A stretch of 64,000 bases of DNA from Candidatus Hydrogenedentota bacterium. GTDB lineage: Bacteria; Hydrogenedentota; Hydrogenedentia; Hydrogenedentales; SLHB01. The stretch covers positions 768,001 to 832,000 of the forward strand of contig CAXXYE010000009.1 of the NCBI GenBank assembly GCA_963674865.2, in the 5' to 3' direction. The position numbers and the translations under genes are program-made. Of the stretch, positions 19,915 to 27,896 are shown piece after piece (position 1 is the stretch's first letter; every line of letters starts with the position of its first letter). The notes beneath the pieces are model-generated. The model was not told the DNA's origin, made no database searches, and saw nothing but the letters and a program-made list of their open reading frames with translations.

Positions 19915-20674
19915 GTGAAACACGTGAAGCCTGCCCATGTCTTCGGGCCGCGTGCGGGATTCTACGCGAGCAGCCCCGCGCATAAGGATCCGGGAGTTCT
20001 GGCCGACGTCGTGCGGTTCTGCGAGCCTCAGCCGGATTGGCGCGCTCTCGACGTCGCTACGGGCACGGGGCACACGGCTTTTGCCTTGGCGGCTCACGTC
20101 GCGTCCGTCGCGGGCGTCGACATCACGTCCGAGATGCTGTGCGAGGCAAAACAACTCCAGAAGGAGGCCGGCGTTGACAACGTGCGGTTTCTTCTCGCCG
20201 ATGTTCACGAACTGCCCTTTGAGGACGCATCTTTCGACTTGGCGGCCGCACGGCGCGCCCCCCCATCACTTCGTCAATATCTCGGCGGCCTTGGCGGAGA
20301 TACACTGCGTGCTCCGGCCTGGGGCAAGGTTGGTTGTGGGTGATCGGAGTGTTCCTGAGGACGACTTCGTGGACGCGTGCATGAACGAGCTTGACGAGTA
20401 CCACGATGCGTCGCACGCACGCGAGTACCGCCCAAGCGAGTGGCGCGCCATGTTGCGATCGACGCGGTTCGGAGTCGAGGAGTTGAAGGTTTACACTCGG
20501 CATCGTCCGCTCAAGGCTCTGACGGACGGCGTCTCAGAAGACAATGTGCATAAGATACGGGAGCGGCTTGACAGCCTGAGCACATCCGAGCGGCAGGCGC
20601 TGAGTTTGACGGAAGAAGGCGGTGACATATACTTGAATCACTGGTTCGTTATGATCGCGGCCACCAAGGAATGA
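19915..20674 (+). pseudogene. Class I SAM-dependent methyltransferase split by a +1 frameshift in a C7 run (20258-20264); may be a sequencing error
   Basis: ALDVATGTGHTA, GVDIT and LPFEDASFD lie in one frame; HHF..I..AL.E...VLRPG lies in the next. Removing one C restores RRAPHHF and a ~252-aa protein. Confidence 0.8.
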
Positions 20675-20702
20675 ACTTGGCCGTAGGGGAGGAGCGTATA
20701 CC

Positions 20703-21458
20703 GTGGAAAAAGTCCGATACGAAGAGATGTTGCCCCATGAGATCGTGGCCAGGCGGAAGCGCTTTCCCGCGGCGTTTATCGGCCTCGGCGGGCTGGAGTG
20801 GCACGGTGAGCATATGGCCGTCGGCAATGATGCGCTCAAAGCCGAGAAGTTGTGCGAACTTGCGGCGGCGTGTTCCGGCGGCTTCGCGTTCCCGACGCTC
20901 TGGTACGGAGAGCCGCGGGTGGGGCACCTCCTCGAGGTGGATCATGATCCCGACGGCGCCGTGAAGAAGAAGATGAAGTTCAAGAAGCGGAAACACACGG
21001 CCGCGCATTTCGGGGCGACGGCCGAGCAGCAGGCCGCCTTCTACGAACATCTCATCTACCACACGCTCGTGCAGATGAACTCACTGGAGATGAAGGCCGT
21101 CTGTTTTGTCTGCGGCCACTATCCGTTGCACGGATGGGCCGCGCCCGCCGTAAAGCGGTTCAACGAGGCGTACAAGGACACGCAGGCGTTTGCGGGCATC
21201 GAGTTTCACTACCCGCCGAAGAGTCCGCACGTCGGCGGCGATCACGCGGCGAAGTGGGAAACGTCGTATTTGTGGTACTTGCGGCCCGACTGCATCGACA
21301 TGAGCGTGTACCTTGGCCGGGAGGCCGAATCGCTCGTCGGCGTGTTCGGCGAGGATCCGAGGAAGACGGCCACGGTGGAGATCGGGCGGAAGGGCTGCGA
21401 CCTCATCGTCGAGGGCATGGTTCGTAAGGCCAAGCAACTCCTCAAACAGGCGGGATAA
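20703..21458 (+). CDS. Creatininase/amidohydrolase family protein
   Basis: G.LEWHGEH...G.D, CGH, GDHAAKWETS metal-binding motifs; GGAGGAG SD. Confidence 0.88.
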   Translation: MEKVRYEEMLPHEIVARRKRFPAAFIGLGGLEWHGEHMAVGNDALKAEKLCELAAACSGGFAFPTLWYGEPRVGHLLEVDHDPDGAVKKKMKFKKRKHTAAHFGATAEQQAAFYEHLIYHTLVQMNSLEMKAVCFVCGHYPLHGWAAPAVKRFNEAYKDTQAFAGIEFHYPPKSPHVGGDHAAKWETSYLWYLRPDCIDMSVYLGREAESLVGVFGEDPRKTATVEIGRKGCDLIVEGMVRKAKQLLKQAG

Positions 21459-21662
21459 CTTCCGCTGACATCGAGCCCTACTGACCTCGTTGGCGTCGCG
21501 CCCGTTCTGGGGCGACACCGCGATCCCTCTTGTGGAATGCCCTGAGCGATAAAGGTGTTCCTATAATCAACGCCTATTTGGGAAACCTGCCCCCTGCGGG
21601 GGCGGGGCGATTCCCACGTCGAAGAAGACACAATAACGAAGTTCAAGAGGGGAGAATGGCCG

Positions 21663-22202
21663 ATGAAGACGCTTAGGACTTTTGCCGTAATAGCATGCGT
21701 GGTGCTGGTGGGAGCGCTGGCGGTTGCGTTCGGCTCACAGCGGCCGGCGTGGGCGCACTGTCAGATCCCCTGCGGCATTTACGACGACCCGGTGCGGTTC
21801 AGCCTGCTGCGCGAGCATATCGCGACTATCGAGAAGTCCATGAACGAGATCAATGTCTTGTCCAAGGACCCCAGCGGCAACGCGAATCAGTTGGCGCGGT
21901 GGGTGATGAACAAGGAGGATCACGCAGGCTACTTCGCGGACATCGTGGTGCAGTACTTCTTGCAGCAGCGCATCAAGCCGGTGGCGACGCAAAGCGGCGA
22001 GGAGTGGGATGTGTATGTTCGGAAGATTACGTTGTGCCATGAGATGCTTGTGGGTGTCATGAAGGCGAAACAGACCACGGACCTCGAATACGTTGAGCAA
22101 CTCAGGGGACTCGTGGACGGCTTCGAGAAGGCGTATCTCGGAGCCGAGGCTGAAGGCGCTCAGTCGCACTCACACGAAGGCGGCCACGCCCACACGCACT
22201 GA
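21663..22202 (+). CDS. sodN: Nickel superoxide dismutase with Sec signal peptide and His-rich tail
   Basis: Ni-hook HCQIPCGIYDD directly after an AWA cleavage motif; RWV.NKEDHA, YFL.QRIK; C-terminus HSHEGGHAHTH. Confidence 0.9.
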   Translation: MKTLRTFAVIACVVLVGALAVAFGSQRPAWAHCQIPCGIYDDPVRFSLLREHIATIEKSMNEINVLSKDPSGNANQLARWVMNKEDHAGYFADIVVQYFLQQRIKPVATQSGEEWDVYVRKITLCHEMLVGVMKAKQTTDLEYVEQLRGLVDGFEKAYLGAEAEGAQSHSHEGGHAHTH

Positions 22203-22212
22203 CACAGCGGCC

Positions 22213-25200
22213 TTACTTCGGCTCCGTGTCTGGTGTGTCTGCCGGTAGCGAGGTGTAGAAATCCGCCTCGTGTCCCGATAGAACACCTTCGCGGATGAGG
22301 CGTCGAAACTCGGCGTCGTCTATATCGCGTACTTGGCCTGCGACGCCCGTCCGCGCACCGTCAGATTGAGGTAGCTGCGAGCCCGGTGCGTTGTGCGACG
22401 GGCCGAGCGTCATGCCAAGCAGCGCCAGTACCGTGACAGCCACCGCCGCGTACAAGCCAATGCGGAGCGCTCGGGACGGCTCCGCGGACGCACGCGGCCT
22501 CGCAACGGCGCAGCGATCGCACTGAATGCAGTCCAACTCGCGGTGCGAGCGCACGCCGAGATCGCAGCGTGCCGGGCGTATACGCGGCATAAAGCGCTGG
22601 AGCAGCCGGACGCCGTTCAGCAGGGCCAGGAATGCCCCGGCCGGGCAGAGATTTCTGCACCAGAAGCGCCTGTAAAACACGGACAGCACGAGCATCGCCA
22701 GGCCGAGGATAAGGATCGGGCGGGTGCGCACCGAGCTGAAGAAGGTTGTCAAGGGATCGGCCGAGATAAGTCCGCAGTCTCGGAAAACGGCGAAGGCCGC
22801 CGCGGCCGTGAATAGGAGAAGGTACTTCACGGCACGCGCATATCGCCATGAACGCTCGTCCGGGCCGGCCGCGAGCCGCGCGGGGCGGAATTCTCCCACC
22901 AATTCCTGCAAGGCGCCAAATGGGCACAGGTAGCCGCAGTAGACGTTCCCGAAGACGAGCACGATCAGGGGCACCAGCGCCACTAGGAAGAATGGCCCGC
23001 TTAACAAGTCTCCCGGGACTGCCGCACCGAGCAGCGAATAGACGTGCTGCGCGGAGTACTGGAGGTTCAGGTAAACGCCGGCAATTGCCACGATGGCAAC
23101 CAGGAACGCTCGCCGCAGCCATTTGTTCGGTTTGTATCGGAGCGCCACGGCGGCGGCCGTCAGTGCGGCCAGCCAGAGGAACTCCTTATCGGGAAAACGT
23201 ATAGGAGCGCGGGGCTCAGTGCCGCCTGCTCCGCCTCGGCCGAGGACTTCGGCAGCGAAGCTATTGCCGGCTTGGCCGAGAATCCGAAGCATGGCCGCCG
23301 AGGTGATGGTGGCTCCGCTAACCGTGTCCACACCGGCCAACGCTCCGCGTCCTGTGATGGATTTCCCGGGCAAACGCGCCAGCCACCCCCGCAGCAATTT
23401 CAGGTAGGCGGGCGTTTCATTGGACTGGATGATCAGAAATCCGAGCAGCGTTCCTTGAGCATCCATGTGGATGGCCAGGTCGATAGGGCCGCCATAGCCG
23501 TCGACCTCGCCCGCAAAAGGTGCGCTGGGAAAGATGTAGCCGGGGTCTTTGTCCTCGGCTTGGTCCACGGCGAAATAGCGGAGCGTTGTGCCGTCCGGCC
23601 GCGGCATCTCCCGCTCCTTGAGCTCTGCATCCCCAGCAAGCGCTTGTGCGGCGGAGGTCAAGGGATCGGCGGCCGCGGCCGCCCGTGTTTCCGCCAAGAC
23701 GTGCGATAGTACAAGCAACAGCGCCGCCGCGCCGAATAGGATGTAGCCTGCCGTGCGTGCCGCGTGATCATACGTATCCATCCGCGCGGGCCGGCCTTTG
23801 GACGCGGCCATTCCCACCAAGTTGACGGCCACCAGCGCCGCCAGGAGTTCGAGCGCAACGCTGCCCCCCAGTACAGGGAGAAGAAACAAGCCCGTGAGGA
23901 GCGCTCCGCTTGCGCCCCCCAGGTGATCGAGCGTTTCGAGAGTTGAGCCGGATGCTGCCGCCGCTTGCCCGGTGGCCGCGAGGCGGTGCGCGCCGATGGG
24001 GAAGTAGACGCCGGTGAACACGCCGCACAGTCCGAACAGCAACGCGAACGTCGGACGAGGGAGGGCCTCGGGCAACGAGGATGCCGCGATGATCAGGAGT
24101 ACATGCAGCAGTATCGCGGCCGGCAAGAGCAGTCCGGGCTCTGTCTCCCTACGCCGAAGCACGCGCTCGCCGAACAGGCCGCCTGCGAACGATCCCAACA
24201 TGAACAAGGCTGAAATCAGGCCGATGTGGAGAAAAATAGAGCCGAAGCGGGCCTGATAGAGAAACATGAGCACCACGTTCAGTGCCATGCCCGCCATGCC
24301 CATCGTGAATACCATTACTCCCACGTCAAAGGGGCGCGCCGGAGGCGCCTGTACATCGCCCCGCCGGTGGGGCGTCCTCCGCAGGTATACGAGCCGCAGC
24401 ACCACGTACAGCAGTAGCGCGAATAATCCGAGTCCCAGGCCGCGCCCCATGACGGCGGGCAGGTAAGGCGTGATGTGGCCCATGCCGGCTTGTCGAATTG
24501 CCAGCAGCAGCGCGTAGAGCAATGCCTTCGGGCGCTGATCCGTGTTGAGCAGCCGCGTCTTGCCCATCGTCGCGGCGGCGTCCCGGTAGTGCCCCATCTG
24601 GAAGGCGACGCGATCCGGCAGGTACAGTCCCGCGAGGGCCTCCGGCGGGTACCGCGCCGCTGCCCCGGGAATCGCCGCAAAACGGGCCCGGAGCACATCT
24701 GGGGACTGCGTCAGCGGTGTCTCTGAGGCGATGAACCAGCTTTCGTCGCCGGGTTTCAAGGCCACTTCGGGGAAGACGGAATGCAGTGTGACGAGGCCCG
24801 AGGCCCCGAGGTCGACAAGTTCGCTTCCCAAGAAGTTGGCCCCGCCTGATACGCGCACCGCCACGGCCCCACCGGGCGCGAGGGCCTGTTTGACGGCTGC
24901 ATAGAATGACTGGGTCGCGTACCGATTGAGCACGAGCGTGGTGACGTCGGGCAGATTCACGAGTACCAAGTCGAGCGCCCCCGGCTCTCTGGCGAGAAAG
25001 CGGCGCACCTCGACGCCGGGCAGTTCGAGTCGATCCGCGCCCCGCGCATAGCCTGCCGGCAGGGCATCAAGGAGCGCCTTCGGGTAGTCGAGATCCGGAT
25101 GGAGCCACACGACGCGCTCCATCTGGGGCAGTTCGAGCAAGCGCAAGCTGATGCCGAGCGACCCGGGGCCGATGACAAGTACGCGGCGGGATTCAGGGCG

Positions 25201-26160
25201 CTGCGCCAGGTTCAGCGCGGCCACTTCGGAGGCATGCTCGGTATTCGGCAACGCCTCGCACACGCCTCCGGATGAGACTACCATCCACTGGCCTTCTCGC
25301 TCGCCGTACAAGTATTTCGCGTGGGCCGTGCTGAAGCTTCCCCGGAAGGCCTCCCGCGGCAGCAGTCGCTCCCATACCGCAAGATCGGCCCGTGCGGCCC
25401 ACTTGGCGTCCACGCCTATAACCAGCGACGCCGCGATGATTGCCACAGGAATCAGAGGAAGTGCGCGGGCAAGGAACCCGCGCGGGCGCGCCAGTCGGGA
25501 CACGGCAAGCGCTGCCGTCAGCAAGCCCGCGGCGCAAAGCGCCACCCGTTCTGCTGAAGCGCCTGCCGCCAGCAGCAGTGTTACGGCAACGCCTCCGGCG
25601 CAGCCCCCCAAGGTTTCGGTAATGTACACCCATGCCACGGGTGTGCCGCTGCGGCTGTCCGCCTTCTCGACACGGGTGGCCCATCGGCATGCCAGCGTGA
25701 AGAGCAGGCCCGTGGCGGCGCTGATGGGGGCGTTGACAAGCAATGACACGCCGGCCATGCGCAGAAAGGGGAACACCTCATCGGGCCTGACACCCGCTAT
25801 GGCCCGGGCGTGGGCGATGAGGCCCCGTTGCACCAGAAACGCAGGGATGTACAGTAGCGCGAGCCACTCGAAGTGCCGGGCCAGCCACTTGTGGAAGCGC
25901 GTCCCGCCACGCCCTGCCAAGGCGCCCGCTCCCACCCACAGCAGCCAGGAGCCGAAGAAGCATCCGATGCCCAGCTCGCTTCCCTCGAAGACGCCCAGGA
26001 AGCTCCGAAATAGTAGGGATTGCGCGACAAGAGCGAAGAAACCAAGCGCGAAGATCAGCAGAGCCGCCGCGCTTCCCCGCTTGCTCAGCCCGCTGCCCTT
26101 CGCGGCGCGCTCCTCAGCCGACGCCGACAAGACTTTCCCGTCCCGCTCGACCCGGCCCAT
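22213..26160 (-). CDS. Fusion of a membrane spermidine-synthase-like module, an FMN-binding (flavinylated) domain and a NapH/NosR-like 4Fe-4S membrane domain
   Basis: Q.LL.R......G.EL TM repeats; VLVIGPGS...VNLPD...NRY.T..FY; GYGGPI, ETP.Y, DTVSGATITS; CGYLCPFG, WCRNLCPAG, C...CIQCDRC. Confidence 0.85.
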   Translation of the reverse strand: MGRVERDGKVLSASAEERAAKGSGLSKRGSAAALLIFALGFFALVAQSLLFRSFLGVFEGSELGIGCFFGSWLLWVGAGALAGRGGTRFHKWLARHFEWLALLYIPAFLVQRGLIAHARAIAGVRPDEVFPFLRMAGVSLLVNAPISAATGLLFTLACRWATRVEKADSRSGTPVAWVYITETLGGCAGGVAVTLLLAAGASAERVALCAAGLLTAALAVSRLARPRGFLARALPLIPVAIIAASLVIGVDAKWAARADLAVWERLLPREAFRGSFSTAHAKYLYGEREGQWMVVSSGGVCEALPNTEHASEVAALNLAQRPESRRVLVIGPGSLGISLRLLELPQMERVVWLHPDLDYPKALLDALPAGYARGADRLELPGVEVRRFLAREPGALDLVLVNLPDVTTLVLNRYATQSFYAAVKQALAPGGAVAVRVSGGANFLGSELVDLGASGLVTLHSVFPEVALKPGDESWFIASETPLTQSPDVLRARFAAIPGAAARYPPEALAGLYLPDRVAFQMGHYRDAAATMGKTRLLNTDQRPKALLYALLLAIRQAGMGHITPYLPAVMGRGLGLGLFALLLYVVLRLVYLRRTPHRRGDVQAPPARPFDVGVMVFTMGMAGMALNVVLMFLYQARFGSIFLHIGLISALFMLGSFAGGLFGERVLRRRETEPGLLLPAAILLHVLLIIAASSLPEALPRPTFALLFGLCGVFTGVYFPIGAHRLAATGQAAAASGSTLETLDHLGGASGALLTGLFLLPVLGGSVALELLAALVAVNLVGMAASKGRPARMDTYDHAARTAGYILFGAAALLLVLSHVLAETRAAAAADPLTSAAQALAGDAELKEREMPRPDGTTLRYFAVDQAEDKDPGYIFPSAPFAGEVDGYGGPIDLAIHMDAQGTLLGFLIIQSNETPAYLKLLRGWLARLPGKSITGRGALAGVDTVSGATITSAAMLRILGQAGNSFAAEVLGRGGAGGTEPRAPIRFPDKEFLWLAALTAAAVALRYKPNKWLRRAFLVAIVAIAGVYLNLQYSAQHVYSLLGAAVPGDLLSGPFFLVALVPLIVLVFGNVYCGYLCPFGALQELVGEFRPARLAAGPDERSWRYARAVKYLLLFTAAAAFAVFRDCGLISADPLTTFFSSVRTRPILILGLAMLVLSVFYRRFWCRNLCPAGAFLALLNGVRLLQRFMPRIRPARCDLGVRSHRELDCIQCDRCAVARPRASAEPSRALRIGLYAAVAVTVLALLGMTLGPSHNAPGSQLPQSDGARTGVAGQVRDIDDAEFRRLIREGVLSGHEADFYTSLPADTPDTEPK

Positions 26161-26169
26161 CAGCCCGCC

Positions 26170-27750
26170 TCACACCTTCGGTTCCCCGAAGACAATCGCC
26201 TCGAACACGGTGAACGAGGCCCCCTCCTTCCAGGCGTCGGGCGGCAAGCCGGCCTTTTGCGCCAGATGAGTTAACGTCTGTTCGATATCCCAGCCTTGCT
26301 CGGGCGCTACCTGCGGAAGATACACCGCGCCGGTGTGCCCCTTCTCGAGAATGACGCCGTGTTTTCCGAGGACGATGTCGTGGTAAGACGCCACGGGCCT
26401 CGGGGGAGAGAGCGCAGATATCTCGATGTGCAGGTTTGGCACCTCGGCCTCCTCAACCGGCGGGAATCTGTAGTCGTGGAGTGCAGAGCGGATGACGCGA
26501 TCCATAACCGCCTCGTAAACCGCCCGGCGCGACTCGATCTCGCCGATGCACCCGCGCAGCCGGCCCGCTTCGTGGAGCGTCACGAAGGCCCCCATCTTCT
26601 GGCGCATGCCCGGCGTGATGGGAACGCCGAGTTCATCGGGCGTGGGCATACGGTGATGCGCCATGTAGTAGGTGAGCGTGCCGCGGGCGAGCTTCAGCAA
26701 GTTCTCCTTGTCTTCATCCGTCAGCATTGCGCTCTCCTCCGGCGCTGCTTCCGCCTTTGCGCCGTCCCACGTGCCGGTGAAGGCGACGCTCACGTAGCTT
26801 ACCGAGTTTCCGAAGTCCCCCGTCATGTTGCCGGAGGTATCGTATTTCAGGAGATGCACCGTGCTCGTCTCGGGCAGCATGGAGAGCAGCACGGCTATGG
26901 GGCAGCGTCCGCAGATGGTGGCGCCCGTGTCGGCGACGTAGTCCAGGAAGGCAACGGTGTCTTTGCGCTCGATGGCCGCGAAGGCCCCCATATCCAGTTT
27001 CTCCAGATTGGCCGCGATATCGTCCCGGAAAGGCACGTATCCGAAGTTCCAGCCGTAGTGTGTGAAGTCCGAACTCGCGACAACGAGCGTGTCCTCGTCA
27101 ATCAGGCCCAAGAGTATCGTGGCTACTGTGCGCGCGGTATCGAGATCCAATTGCCCGAGCACAATCGGCACCAGTCGGAACTCGCCAAGTACGTGCTGCA
27201 AGAAAGGTACCTGGATCTGCACACTGTGTTCGGCCTGATGCACCTCAGGCACGCTCTGAAAGTAAGGATGCTTCCGCAGGGCGGCGAGGAAGTCGGTATC
27301 CAGCGGCACCTCGCCCAAGGGCGTAGCCAGATGCGTGACGTCCGGCACACTGGCGCGATTGTTCATGGCCACGCGGTGGCTCGGGCCCATGACGACTACG
27401 CGGCTAAAGGAGCGGCCGGCAATCGTTGCCAGCCCGCAAGCCGCCGTCTGCCCCGACCACTGATAGCCCGCATGGGGAAGGATGAGCGCGTGGACGTTCT
27501 CGAGCTTCGGGGGGGGCGCGTTGCTCAGAAATCCGTCGAGTTCCTGCGTCAAACGCGTTGCATTGCCCTCGTACCACTGGCCCGCCAGTGGAGACACAAG
27601 CACCTTTCGAGCCGGGGCTTCTAGGGGTGTAGGCATGAGCCGCTCCTTTCGCTCAGGGGGACGGCGGAGGGCATAGTAGACGCCCACGCCGGCCAGTGCC
27701 GCCAGTACCGCTACGGCGGCCACCGCAGTCTGGACTCGGGCCTGCGGCAT
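26170..27750 (-). CDS. amrB: AmmeMemoRadiSam protein B (Memo) - protein A (AMMECR1) fusion with N-terminal TM anchor
   Basis: Memo motifs PHAGY.WSG, GPSH, EHS...Q.PFLQ, SSDFTHY, TICG; AMMECR1 motifs GAFVTL, LRGCIG, D.RF.PV, LPQV, KAGL. Confidence 0.92.
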   Translation of the reverse strand: MPQARVQTAVAAVAVLAALAGVGVYYALRRPPERKERLMPTPLEAPARKVLVSPLAGQWYEGNATRLTQELDGFLSNAPPPKLENVHALILPHAGYQWSGQTAACGLATIAGRSFSRVVVMGPSHRVAMNNRASVPDVTHLATPLGEVPLDTDFLAALRKHPYFQSVPEVHQAEHSVQIQVPFLQHVLGEFRLVPIVLGQLDLDTARTVATILLGLIDEDTLVVASSDFTHYGWNFGYVPFRDDIAANLEKLDMGAFAAIERKDTVAFLDYVADTGATICGRCPIAVLLSMLPETSTVHLLKYDTSGNMTGDFGNSVSYVSVAFTGTWDGAKAEAAPEESAMLTDEDKENLLKLARGTLTYYMAHHRMPTPDELGVPITPGMRQKMGAFVTLHEAGRLRGCIGEIESRRAVYEAVMDRVIRSALHDYRFPPVEEAEVPNLHIEISALSPPRPVASYHDIVLGKHGVILEKGHTGAVYLPQVAPEQGWDIEQTLTHLAQKAGLPPDAWKEGASFTVFEAIVFGEPKV

Positions 27751-27896
27751 GTTCCCCTTCCTTGCTCAGTATGTCGAAACAATCCAATAAGTATTGTATC
27801 CCTGTTGGCCCAATGGCGCCACCGGCCCTTTTAGCAAGGGGTGTTTGCGCAACTCTCATTAGGGGGATATGGGAGGGGCCGGGAGATGAGAGGCCT

